Assembly: GCA_051453625.1 (NCBI GenBank)
Contig: JBOZIK010000001.1
Coordinates: forward strand, 20,554,059 to 20,618,058
DNA from: Welwitschia mirabilis
Taxonomy: Eukaryota
DNA: 64,000 nt
Reading direction: 5' to 3'
The translations under genes were made by a program, and so were the position numbers. The notes beneath the pieces are model-generated. The model was not told the origin of the DNA. It saw only the letters and a program-made list of their open reading frames with translations, and did no database searches. Below, in pieces: positions 38,501 through 52,500 of the stretch (its first letter is position 1; each line of letters starts with the position of its first letter).

Positions 38501-41500
38501 CCTTTGATGATGATTTTTCTAAAAATTATGGTTGTATCTTTTAAAGTCAAAAGATGAAGCTTTTCAGGCATTTAGAATTTTGAAGGCTAGAGTTGAGAAT
38601 GAAACTAGCTGCAAAATCAAAAAATTATTCACAAATAATGGAGGTAAGTTTACTTTCAAGGAGTTCGAGGACTCTTGAGGGAAGCCAGAATCATTCATCA
38701 CAAGACAGTGCCTAGAACCCCATAACAAAATGGAGTTGTTGAAAGGCAGAACATGACTATTTTGGAAAGAGTGAGAGCCGTTCTCACACATTTTGGTTTG
38801 CCCAAAGGCCCCATACAATTTCGGGCTAAAGTTGCAAATACTATTATATATTTGCTAAATAGGTGTCTATATACTGAAATTGATGAACAGGTACAAAAAT
38901 GTCAGTGGAGTGGGAGTTTTGTTTCTTACTCTCACCTTAAAACGATTGGATGTGAATCCTATGTTCATCAACAAAGTGCTTCAAAGCTTAGTGAAAGGGC
39001 CAGAAAGTGTGTGTCTGTAGGTTACAGTGGTGATGATTAGGGGTTTAGGCTGTGGGATACTTTGGCAAAGAAGGTGATGAGATCATGTCATATGGCTTTT
39101 AATGAAGATGTAATGTAGTTTAAATTATAGTAAAGGATTCAAATAAGGGGATTTCTGACCCTGACACTCTTTTGAAGCTTGTCAATATTCTAGACCAGTT
39201 TAGAGATCATGGCATGATTGAAGATGAGTTTCAAAGTAGTTCCTAATGACGAAGAGGAAGAAGTGGAATAGGAGAATGTTGTTGAAATTGGACCGAAACT
39301 TGAATAGAATGTAGAGAACTTTTAGACTCTAGATCATTGGGTTAAGCATTCTACAAGGCATAACATACCACTTTCCAAGTATTCTCCATGGTTGTATTAT
39401 ATTCTCTACATAGATGCAGTAGAATCAGAGTCATATCAGGAAGCCATTTCTTGTCTTGAAGTTGGTAAATGAATGGACGCTATGAGTAAGGAAATGAAGT
39501 CCTTTCAGAGGAACCATACTTGGGACTAAGTGCCTTTTCCGCTTGGTAAAAAAGCATTAAAAGTTAGGTGGATTTACATGTTGAAACAAGAAACTAATGC
39601 AAAAAAACATTACAGGGATAGAATGGTAGTAAAGGGCTTTGCATAAAAGAAAGGTATTGATTTCAATGAATTTTTTTCTCCTATTGTTAAATATACTTCC
39701 ATTTGTATCATTACAGCTATGATAACTTACATGGATTTAGAATTAGAACAGTTGGATATCAAAATTGCTTTCTTGCATGGTGATTTGCAAAACGAAATTT
39801 ATGTGGAATAGCCAGAAGGTCTTGAGAATGGCAAAGATATGGTATGCTGGTTGAAGGGAAGTTCATATGGCTTAAAACAGGTAGTTAGGCAATGATACAA
39901 GCAATCTAACACCTTCATGAGGGACCAAGAATATGAAGGGTGCAAGGTAGGTCATTGCATTTATCTGATGAGAACTACTAGTAAGGTTACCATTCTTTTA
40001 TTGTATGTGGATGAGATGTTGATTGCTGCAAATGATCTACATGAGATACATAGATTCAAATTGCAGATGACAAAGAAGTTTACCATAAAAGACCTTGGGC
40101 AGGCAAAACAAATCCTTGGAATGAGAATTGAATGAGCCAAGAAAAGTCGGAAATTGTGGATGAGTTAACATGATTATATTGGTAAGGCCTTAGAGAAGTT
40201 CAACATGGCTAACTACTATCCTGTTTCTATTCCATTGGTGGGACATTATAAACTGTCAAAAGAAGACTACATTGCTCCAAGAGGGGAGAAAAGAGGTATG
40301 GTTGATATTCCTTACACTTTTGCAGTTGATAGTGGCATGTCTGCCATGGTTTGCCCTAGATCTAATCTTTCCCATGCAGTGGGAGTTGTTTTCAGGTACA
40401 TGAACAATTTTGAAAGGACATATCGGGAAGCAGTCAAGTGGATTTTGTGATACTTGAAAGGCACTTAGAATCATTCTTTGTGCTTTGATGATTCCAGCTT
40501 GAAGGTTGTTGGTTACTCTAATCCCAATTTTGTGGGTTGTGAAAAGAAATTTCCTACATGTTATGTACTTACACTTGGAGGGGGGTTATTAGTTGGACGT
40601 CATGTCTTCAGAGTGATGTAGCTTTGTCCACCACAGAGGTAGAGCATATGGTATTTAGCTGAGACAACCAAGGAAATGATTTGATTAAGGCACATGCTTG
40701 AGTGGTTTGGTCTTCTCAAATTAGGTATATCATTTGTTGTGATAGCCAAAGTGCTATATAGTTGGCTAAGAATGCTGCATGTTGTGCTCATACGAAGCAT
40801 ATTGATGTAAAGTATCACTTCGTTCAGGATGTGGCCGAGAAGGAGAAGGCTTATCTTGTTAAAGTTAGAATAGAAGATAATCTTGATGATTCCCTCACAA
40901 AGGTAGTGAATGATTGCAACCATTACACTTGGATGGAAGGAAGGTGTTGGACTTTAGGATTGTTGATTGGGAGGCTTTGGAAAGCATTGCATCACTTGAG
41001 TTGCATAAGGGGCTAATTTTGAAGGCATGGGAAATNNNNNNNNNNAGTGGGAGAGTATTGATATGTGAAGCCAAATTTGTTATTTCTATGTTGTAATGTT
41101 ACATTTGACATTGACCCCTCTTTTAAGGTTGTAAAAGGGAAGTTAGCGTGTTAATTCCTTGGGGTGATTTATTAAAAAAGGAGGGAGAAAGGATGAAAAG
41201 ATAAGATTGGCTTGAAGCCCTAACTGTAGGCTTATTTAAACCTACTTGAGGGTTGTTCGTATGTGTCTTGACATTTTGCTTCTAAACTATTAATAGAGCT
41301 TTCATGGCTTCTCCTAGAAGTAGGGTAACTCTGTGTGTTGTTTCTTTCTTTTGTTTGCTATTTTGTTTTGTTGTAGTTCATTCTTGTTGATAAATCTATA
41401 ACATTTAGGAGATTAATGACAACCTTTGAATAGAAAATTAACAAGGCCTAGCTGTATGACCATGTTGTATGGTAGCTAACAGGCTAAAATAAAAGACCTC

Positions 41501-43482
41501 CCAATTACTAGGGTAAGTAGGCTTATTAGTTATTCTTAACCAACATACTTGAACCTATGGATACCTTAATTCATCTATTTCACCATTCATGAAGGATTGT
41601 GACCCTTCAAGGTGGTAGGTATTGAGACCTTCAATAAAAGTGAGAAGGACAACAATCAATCACCAATAAGGAAGGATGAGAGGGAACAAAGCTGACAGAG
41701 AAAAACATTTTAATGGCCTCACAAGCTAGATTCTATGGGAAGAAGTCCTATAGGGCATGCATGGGTTGAGATAGTACCCAATTTTGCTGTGACTTGTTCC
41801 AAGTTGGGAATTCTACTGTAGCCTTCATTTGGTTTGCTCAACATTTACATGTCATAAGGACCTAATCATTTTTGGGATGAGTTAAATGAGGAGGCTTATG
41901 CAATTTCAATACCTATTAAAGAATTATTCCTGTAAGTTTTATCAATCGTTGCTCCCAAATTTTTAGCAACAAAAAGAAAAACAAATGGTCAGAAACTATC
42001 ACCTTCTGAACTATCAAGTTTATTGCTAAAATACCCATGCAAATTGAAAGATATGAAGAAATATAATGAGTTTTTGCCATCTTTTTGAAAAACCAAATTT
42101 TTTAATTAATGCTTCAAGAATGTGTTAATTCACTCTATTGTATGCTTTGTTCATATCGAGTTTGAATTTCACATTAGGTTTTTTCTATTTGTTAGCTAAG
42201 TGGAAGATCTTGTGAATCAAAATTACTTGATTTAAAAAATGTCTTCCCTTTGCAACACCTCTTTGTGAATATAAGATCAAAACTAGAAGAACAATGTTCA
42301 ATCTTTGTGAAGAACCTTTAACATTATTTTATAAAAAATGCGAGAACCTTTAACATTATTTTATAAACAACATTACATAGACTTACTGGCCTACAATCTG
42401 ATATGTTGTTAATATTTTTTTTCCTTTTGGAATTAAAGTTTCTTGAGTAGAAGAATAATAATTAAAATTTATCTCAGATTTTAAAACTCTGAAAATGGAG
42501 CTAAAATAGCATCCTTAACAATCACCTAATAATGTTCCGATTTAGGAACACGCTTCCACATGAGTTGATCTTTACAATGACGATACAAGTGTGGTTCATC
42601 CCATTTATAATCCCCTATTCTCTGGAGAAAAGGTTTGTGTTGATTTCTTGTCCAATGTTGAGGGGTTCTCATGGTAAGCAAGTAATTTAGAATGCATACC
42701 CTAGAGCTTGATGGTGGGAAGAGATGGAATAGAGGTGTTTTATGACAAAGAGTTGGTCACTGGGAAAAGCATCTTCAATAGGAAATCTCGTGAGGAATGG
42801 AGGGGCCTTCGTTCTTGAGGAATTCAAGAGAAATGATCTGTGACACAATTATGTTTTCTTGCTTTGTCATAGATGGTGAGATTAAATTCTTGCATTATTA
42901 ACACCATCTAATTAATGTAGCGCTAGAGTCCCTTCTTAGTCATAAGATAGCAGATAACAATGTGATTAATATAAACGTTGGTATGAGATCCAAGAAGGTG
43001 GTGCCTAAGTTTATCTAACCAGAAGATAAAATTGTTGATATTTCTTTTTCTGTGGTTGTGTAATTGAGTTGGGCACTAGAGAGTACTTTGCTAATGTAAC
43101 TTATGACCTTGTATTCCTTCTTGTGCTTTTGTCCTAACACACCATCTATGGCTATGTTGCTTGCATCACACATAAATTCAAAGTTGTTGATCCAATCAGG
43201 GCTTCCTATAATAGGTTCATATGTAATTTTTGTTTTGAGTGCCTCAAAAACTATTTGAGAATCCTTATTCCAATCAAATTTGACATCTTTCACAAGTAAG
43301 AGGTGGTGGTGGGGTTTACAAGTTTGTGCATAGTTTTGGATGAACCTACCATAGAAACCGGCATGCTTAAGGAAAGACCTCACTTGTTTGACCTTAAGGA
43401 GGGGAAGATTGCAGATTGATGGAGTTTTTACCATCCTTGTTTAGTGGTAAAATTTCATCCGTGCCCAATGAAGTCAAGAGGT

Positions 43483-43527
<45 letters not shown>

Positions 43528-46500
43528 ATGCTACAAAAGAGAAATGTTATATCATAAAATAAAAATAAACAATGCATCCTACTATGCAAGTCACTAAAGG
43601 ATTCTAGGTGGCTATCACACAACTAGTTTCAAACTAGGTATCAATCACAATAGTCAATTCACCAACACATAAGTTGAGGATGATCAAATGAAAATTTATT
43701 AAGTTGAGCATTCAAAATACATAACTTATATTTCTTGGTGGAATATAAGAGTCTTACCCCAACTGACAAGTATAGGTAAGGAGCTTTGTTTCACTTGTTC
43801 CATCAATGGCTCTTTGGTCTTCCTTCCCAGATACTTTCGTCATGTCCTTTAGGAGTCAAAAAGTCCCTAAGCAAGGACAAGCCCCTTGCTTTATAGCTTT
43901 TAAAAGGACTAGGGAGTTTGGGTTTCGGTTATATAGTTGCCATCGCCATTTGCATCGCCAAGCGATGGGTAAATGGCGACACGCAATGTCATCACTAGAT
44001 GCGTCGCTGGGCGACCTGTAAGTGGCGATGATTTTGGTTTCTTCATATGGTATTGTGATTGGATGCATTGTTGGGCAACTTATAAGTGGCAATGATCTCG
44101 GTCTTTTACTACTAGGTCGTCGCTAGATGCATCGTTGGGCGACCTGTAAGTGGCAACTGTTTCAAATTTTCAGTACTGGGTTGTTGCTGGATGCATTGTT
44201 GGGTGACTTGTAAGTGGCAACGATCTTGGTTTCTATATAAGTCTCGTTGCTGGATGTGTCACCAGCAACCTATAAGTGGCAACGATTTTGGCTTTTTGCT
44301 ATGGAATTTTTTTGTTTGCTTCCTGAGAGTTCGTCCATCTCCCTTATGAACTTCAATTTGGGGTTCACGTTGATGCTTCCTATAGTGATCTTCGCCTCTC
44401 TTCTTGTCTAATTTCCAATTACTAAAAATATCCTTGCTTCTTACCATGTTTTGCATATGTAATGTTCAATTACTAGTACTTTGGGGTCCCTACTTTAGAG
44501 TTCCATCATTGACCCCTACCAGGCTTTTCGTAGACCCTGACAAGATAGGCCGACACAATAAGAAGAGGGACTCCTTTGAAAAATTAAAGGACAAGATAGT
44601 GCATAGAATGAAAGCAAGAGAAAAATTTATTTTATTACCACCATTTCATACCAAAAAAAAAAATTTACATTATAAAATGACAAAAGACATCATGAAGGAG
44701 GAGCAGAAGAAGATAGAGGAGTAGAGGATGTGCCTTGAAGAGGGGCTACCTCATCACCAAAAGTAGGTCTTCCTGCTGTAAGTGTCTCTACATGATCTGT
44801 GATATGTGATAATTGTTGCTGCACCACATGGAACTGAGACTGCTAGTTTTGGAAGACGGTGTATGATGCTTGGGCCAACCCTTCATGAACACTCTACGCA
44901 TTGGGAGACGTCAAAAAGGACTGTTGTGAGTTGAAGTTCAAATGACTCCTAAAGGTCATCAAGCCTCTGCTCTGTGTAGCTATGGAGTTCACCAAATTGC
45001 TAATCAAAGTGTTGTTTTAACTATGCTAAGTGATCTACTAGCAAACGGTACTCTACAGAATGTAAAGGTGAAGGAGGGGCAATAGAGCAAGAAGGTTTTG
45101 CGGAAGGTCCTGCTGACAAAGATGGTGGTGCAATTTCTATTCTAGTGGATCCTTTAGTAATGCCCATTTTCTTCAAAGTTTTGATAGAAATAATAGAGCT
45201 TGCAATAAAATTTGTTCCTGGAGGAGTCGTCATGATCAGTCTAATTAAATGATTAATAAGACAAGGATAAGAAAGGAAAAAAAGGCTTACTATCGTTGGT
45301 GTATTCCGCTATACAAGACCAAATGGAAGTAGGGATATTATACTTGATTCCCTTTTTAAGGGCTGCTAAAATCATGAATGCCATGAGTAGACGGAATGAT
45401 GTTGGCTTGAATAGCTTCAACCACCACCTAGTGACCTTCCATAAGCACCCCTCATTTGACTCCCTTTGGATCTAAAGATGACAGGATAAGTAGGAAGAAG
45501 AATATGAATGGCTTCCTTCCTTTCTACAAAAGAACCAACAAGAGGAAGGAATTCCCTACTTTTACTTGACATCTCTAACGCTCTGGCTATTGTATGGATT
45601 CCAAGTTTTATGTGAACATTATTAACGATGGAAATCAACAAATCTTTGTTACCTTCATAAGATTTACTAATATTCAAGTAAAACTTGTGAATTTTCTTGT
45701 CCAAAAATTGGTCGTTAGCTGAGATAATCCACTTCCATCCTAAAGCCTGGGTCTTCTCCATCATCTGAGCGTCCACCTTGATGAGAACATCTTCAAATGA
45801 TTTTTCTATGAGGAAGAAAACTTTATGAATTATAGTTTGCTGTTGTTCTTCCTTCTAGATGACCTAAACATCTTCCTCAGTGGGTGGTACAAATTCCTCC
45901 ATTAGTTCTTCAGGAACAAAATCAGGGTCTTGTCTTGAAGTGGAAGCTTCAGATGCTTTCCTCCCCCTTTCTACAGATCTGGCAGATGAAGGAGAAACCA
46001 TATTTATGGATTTCTAGAGACAGTTGACTAGTGGAAGATGGTCAAAGTGTGCTGAGTGATGTGCTTAAAAGGAGGGAAGTTTCTGGATGAATGTAGAACA
46101 AAAGAAATGGCAACATAAATTTAAAACCCTGTGACATGTTGCCAAATCGTCGTCGGGTGATGATAAGTAGCGATGGTCTTTGCTACGTTGTCGCTGAGTG
46201 ACAAAGTGGTGAGAATATAGAAAACTGCGCCATCACCACATCATCGCGGAGCGACACAAATAGCAATAATGCATCGCTAGGCTACGTAAGTAGTAATTGA
46301 CTAGTGACACTTGCAGGCAAAATTTTAGTGGAAACTTGATTAGAATTGTAATCTTCTGATCTCCTCCTTGGTCATCTTAACAAGATACATGTTGCAGCTT
46401 ATTAGCAAGGAAAGTTTTATGGGACTTATTTATTTACTTTAGGTTAAAGAAATCATCCAAATTAGAAGAAGAATTAAAGCTAAATGGCCTTAACACTACC

Positions 46501-49500
46501 TAATTAAACTATTAAGGGTCAAGGAGGACTTTTCAAAAAAATGAGACATTGTAATTGATGAAGGAAAAATGAGTTCATGGTGAAGGCTCTTGAAGGTGTC
46601 CTCAAGATTGCAATTTTCTTAGATTTTATCATCATTCATATAGGATGGTCTTGTTACCATGACTTCAAACTATACGTTGAACAGGATCCAAGCTTTGAGC
46701 AATTTGTTTGAGGCTACAGTATATTACATAGGTAGGCTTCCCAGAGAGGACGAGGTATATCTACCGCTACACCCTTGGCGAATGGCACACCTCAACTATC
46801 TATGTTGGAATTCCCCTTTACAGAGTCAAACTATTCCACAAACTCCGTAGAGAGTGTGGGCCAAGAACCTGTGTGTTCAACATCTTCTTGCATCAACATG
46901 ACATTCTTGAGACATAGGCACTGCTTGAGACACACCTTAATTGATGCTTCAAAGGTTGTAATCACAAGTAGGAGTAGCATGCCTTTAAAAAGGCACCTCT
47001 CAGGTATTATTGCTCTTTTTTTTACCGTTTATTGAGAATATAGCTTGGGTCCTTGATTGACGACAAAATCAGTCATAGAGAGGATTGTTCCTTGATCAAT
47101 TCAAATCGTTAGATGTCAAATGGGGAATACTAAGCGATTGCTCTCTACAAGGGTGCTTATCCCGAAAATGGCCAAACCACACACTTCTTTTTCTTGAATA
47201 TATGAGGAAGATTCACTTGTTTGGTTGGCACTCCTTTCTCCTTTGAAAACGTTAGGTAATGATTAAGGGTCCCCTTGTTGTAAGGGGTCTATTAGTTATA
47301 GTTCTTCTACTAAGTTGGAATCTTGTCTCATTGGTTCATCTTTGAAGTAATCTTTTAAACGTTGCCCATTCACATGAAAAGTCTCCTTAGTCGAGGTGTC
47401 TAAGATTAGCACAAACCCATTAGGATAAATTTTCTTTACAAAGTAGGGTCCTGACCAACGTGACACAAGCTTGTTATGTATGACAGTAACTCTGGCATTG
47501 AAGAAGAGTACCTATTGGCCTTGTTCAAAATGCTTGGGACGAATGTGCTTGTCATGGTAAAACTTTATTTGAGCTTTGACAATGAATTGAGGGCTTATAG
47601 CTTGCAATTGTTTCTCATCAAGATGTTGTATTTGGAGGAGGCGATCATAAAGATTAGATTTCTAATCAGTCAAATTCAAGGTATGACAAGTCTTAAAGGG
47701 ATGAAAAGCAAGATCTGTTGGAAGGACATCACTTACCATAAACAAGCTTGTAAGGTGAAAATCCAAGAGAATTTCACTATGTAGTCTGATAAGACCAAAG
47801 GACTGTATCAAGTTTTAAGGCCCNNNNNNNNNNNNNNNNNNNNNNNNNNNNNNNNNNNNNNNNNNNNNNNNNNNNNNNNNNNNNNNNNNNNNNNNNNNNN
47901 NNNNNNNNNNNNNNNNNNNNNNNGGGTATTGTAAATACTTTGATATATCGAATAAAAGGGGTTTCTCCCAATATTTCTGCACACATGAACATTAAAATAT
48001 AACAAGACTATAAAACAAGGCTATAAAGTGCATTATGTTTTCACACATAACATATTTTTTGTAAATTAATTTAGTACCACTTATTAAATTCTTTTACTAT
48101 GAAATGATAAATTGCTTGTAGGTAGACACATGACTTTAACTACTACTCATAAGAAAAATCAAAAGTACAAAAAAATAGTGCTAGATTTTTACACTATAGG
48201 ATTTCTTCTTTAGATTACTGTCATTAGCTTGTTTGTTTCATATCAAGTTATAGGTATCAATTCTACAGGATTTCTCCTTGTTGTAACATTATCTTAGGTT
48301 GTGATTTGCATGTGTTCTGTTCCAAATATCACTTTTAAGTAGCTATCTTGAAAGTTGAAACTACATGTCATGATTGTGAGTTTGTATGTATGTCATTTGA
48401 GTCTTTTCATAACTCGAAAGAATTTTACTAGTCACCCACATTCATCCCACTCTATGGCTTTCTATTTTCTAACAACCAATGCAACATTTAATTCTTGATC
48501 CGGAACCCTGTGTCAACATCTAGTTGTTATCAAAATACCTTTCCCTTTTGTTTTTTAATTTGTACTCGAAAATACGTCATTCAGAGTTAGCATTCACTAA
48601 ATGTTCTTTTGTATACTAAATTAGTAAATCTTCACATACTTTGAATTTATTATCATGTGATTGTCCTTTGATGTCTGGTGACAACAGTGGTATTATAGGT
48701 GACATAGCGGGTTAGCGAAGGGTATTTCACAACTAAACCATAAGAGAACAAAAGTCGTAGACTGGAATTTATAAAGAAGCTTGAAGAACAGTGAATGGCA
48801 TAATTGCAGCCATAGGTCACACAATGCATAGAAATAGCTACTAGCCTAAACTGTAAGGGCAAATAAAATTTAGGAAATTTGATATTACTAAAATTACATA
48901 AAATATGTCCTACCTTGCCAAATTTAAAGGCATAAGATATGAGCTAAGTTGAAATAAGCTGAAATCTCAGACCGCTAATTATGGAATTGCTGAAGTCATG
49001 GACCACTAATTACACAATTGCTGAAATCATGGGCTATTGATTATGAAACAGCCCCAAAACTCCTCTTGATTGAAAGTCATAGCCGTTTTTAAGTTAGGGT
49101 GCCCATGTAGGCCATACGGCTGCTTGTTTGGACTTTTGATGATCAGCCTGTTCTAGAAACTTCTCTGCAACTCATTCTACGTCAGTCCCCTCCACTTGGG
49201 CAGAATCTGCCTTCGAGTTAAGCTCTGCCTCGAGGTAGAGATGTTCATCTGGAGGGTAATACTGAAAGATGTTAGCAACATTAAAAATAGTAGAAATCCC
49301 CAGGTCCTTTAGCAGGTCAATTACACAAGTGGTGTCACTGATTTTCTTTAGTATCTTGTATGAAGTATGAACTATGCTTACTTAGGCTTCAACTTGTTGT
49401 ACACCCTACCCATGAGCCTCTCCTTGTGTAGGAACACCATTACCAGTCTCCCGCCTGAACACCTTGCTCCTTTGATTTTTGTTAACAGCTTTCTTGTATT

Positions 49501-52500
49501 TAGCATTGGCCTCCTCTAACTTGTGCTTGACTTATGCTTGCATTGCCTGCACCTGCTCTGCCATATTCTTAACTACAATACTCAAACTAGGAACCTTAGG
49601 AAGCCTAATCAAGTTAAGTGCATGCTGTGAACATTTAATGGAAACAACAGAGAAAGGTTTTATGCTATAGCACTGTGTACAACACTGTTGTAAGTGAATT
49701 TAGCCTAGGCCAGAGCAAAATTCCCATAGCCTCAGTTTGTTTCCAGACATACTATGGATCAAGTTTCCCAAGGTTGTGTTTATCGACTCTTTCTGTCCAT
49801 CAGTCTCTCTGCCTGTGTGTGCGTGCTGTGCCGCTGTCATTTAGGGAGGAATCAAATATCTTCCACAGGGTGATCTAGAAATGAATGAGGCACATGCTAT
49901 CTCAATCCAAGGCAATTGATTTTGGAACTACATGTAGCCCAACAATCTCCTCGAAGAAGAGCCTGGTTATATGGGATGCATCATTTCTACAGGGAATGAG
50001 GTGAGCCATTTTCGAATACCCATTAAGGACAACAAAAATAGAATCTACTTCCCACTGTGTCCAAGGTAATCCAAGTACAAAGTTCATGGTCAAATTCTCC
50101 CAAATATTCTCATGGACTGGCAAGGGCATATAGAGGCCAGTGTTGTATGCCTAAACCTTTGTTGTCTGACAAGTATAGCACTGTTGCACATATCTGCCAA
50201 CATCCCTTTTTAACTAAGTCTAAGAGTATCATTCTTCAATTGCTACAATAGTCTTATCTCGCCCTCAATGCTCAGCAAGACCACCTTTATGCAAGTCATG
50301 AAGTATCTTTTCCCTCAAGGAAGAATGAGGGATACAGAGCTGATTACCTTGCAACAGATGGCCATCATGAATATGAAAATCCTGAGCAGGCTATCTCCTT
50401 TTACATTTCTCCTAGGTTCCTTAACAGTCTTCATCTTGTTCATGCAACTTCTTCAAATACTTAGAGCCCACTGAGTGACATCAATAGGGCTGCTTGCCTA
50501 CTCACTGCATCTACCACTTTGTTTTGCTTTATGCATCAATTTGAATGGGAATTTCTGCAGGAAAGTAGACCACATAGCATGCATGTTGCTACTGAGTCAC
50601 TTTTGGTTGTTCAGAGACTTTAGTGCTTGATGATGGGTATGCAAAATGAATTCCCATTTGACTAAGTAATGCTTCTGTGCTTTAGGGCTCACACTACTGC
50701 ATAGAACTCCTTGTCATATGTCAACCACTTTCATCGGGCTTCATTCAACTTTTCACTAAAATAAGCCACTGGACATTTTTCCTGAGAAGGAAAAAAAAAA
50801 AAATGTGCCTACGCCTTCTCCATTGGCATTGCATTCAACTTCAAATAGTTTCTGATGTTTGACAAAGCTAACACTGGGGTGGTGCATAGCTTCTCTTTGA
50901 TCAGTAAACAGCTCTTCTTTTCTTTTACATTCTAATTAAATTTCCCTTTCTTTAGGCACTCAGTAATTGATGCTACTATATTGTTGAAATTGCATATGAA
51001 ATGCCCGTCAAATGTGGCTAGCCCATGTCAACTGTGCACATCAATGACTGACCTCGGTGTAGGCCACTCTTGGATTGCCTGAATTTTCTCCTCGTCAACA
51101 CTGATACTATTTGCACTGACTAAAAAATCCGAGAAGAGCAACTTGTCTATTATGACGTTGCACTTCTTGAGATTCAAATACAACTTATTTTGCTGCAGGA
51201 CTGTCAGTATCTCTCACAAATATTCAAGATGGTCTTCTTTTGAAGGGCTATAAACTAGTATATGATCAAAATAGAAAACCACAAATTTACTAATAAAAGG
51301 CTTCTCAACTGGATTGTTATCTTATTAATGGCCTTCTTCTCAACACACATCTTCCAGGTGCTATGTTTCTTTGGGATCAGTAAGGCTGGGACAACATGCA
51401 GACTCATACTTTCTCTGATATGCCCCTTACATAGCAACTCTTCAGCCTTTGCCTTCAGAATCTTGTTCTCCTTGGGGCTCATCTGGTACTGAGGCCAATT
51501 TGGCAAGCTTGCCTAAGGCACCAGATCAATGTGGTGCTAAAGGTGCCTTACTGGAAGCAATCCATCAGGTAACTCTTCAGGCATAATCTCTCAAATTCTT
51601 CCAGGAGTGACTTGACCACATCTGGAAATGCTTTGGTCAGTTGCTTCCCCCTACTAGCCAAGACTTCTTGCCTAGACTCTTCAGAGTCTGCTTCTATCTT
51701 GTGTTCTGAATGGATCAAAGTAAGGGAATTCCTTCCCTCCACCTCAAAAGTTTTTGGTTGAGACTCGTCCATCATTTGCAGCAAAGTGAACTTAACTCCA
51801 TCCTTCTTCAACTTATAAACATGCTCTCTGCCCAAGTGCTATACATCCACATCATACTACCATGGTCTCCCACATAGCAAATGGCGAACATCCATGTCTA
51901 CTAGATCATGCTAGGCCTTGTCTTGGTACTTGCCAATGAAGAAATTGACCTTACAATGCTTGGTCACCTTGCTCGCTTACAGCTTTAATCCACCTAATAG
52001 CGTAGGGACGTGGATGATTTTCAATAGATAACTGCAAGTTCTTAACAATATCTTTTCCTATGATGTTTTCTTTGCTGCCACTATCACTAACTAAAGCAAA
52101 AATCTGATTAAGAATAGTGCACTTGGTTGGAAGAGTTTATGATGTTGGGTGCTATCTTTTGGTTTAGGTGTTAGCACTGTCTTCCTCACCACATTGGTCC
52201 GGCCTTCCTCATCATGGTCTTTATCATCTCTATCTGGTCCACAATACACTTTGCCATCATCCTAGTACTACTCTTCATCTAACTGAACATCTTCCTCGTG
52301 CTCCACTATATTCACTCCATCTCTGCGTGGATAGTTACTTGATTGGTGGCCTGCTTGGTTACATTTGAAGTACTTACCAGGTGCTGGCCTCACATAGGGG
52401 TTGGTGGCCTTGTGTGTCTCCTTGTCAGTAGCCTCCTTTGGTTGCTTACTTGCTGCCCAGTCAGTTTTTAACTTGTCATGATGGTTTGGAACAGCAGCCT

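Larger units (their letters stand above)
35279..41886 (+). mobile_element. Second family-X LTR, split by nested insertions
   Basis: Removing 35394-41448 restores ACTACATA-AG(A/G)CC-TAGCTGTATG, which matches ACTACATAGGGCCTAGTCGTATG at ~33584. The distal part aligns with 33590-34796. Confidence 0.6.

Noticed and set aside
46590-47232. Possible second extra ORF between the integrase and the env-like ORF of the Athila-like element (minus strand)
   Set aside because: The frame I translated has stops at about random frequency and no recognisable motif.
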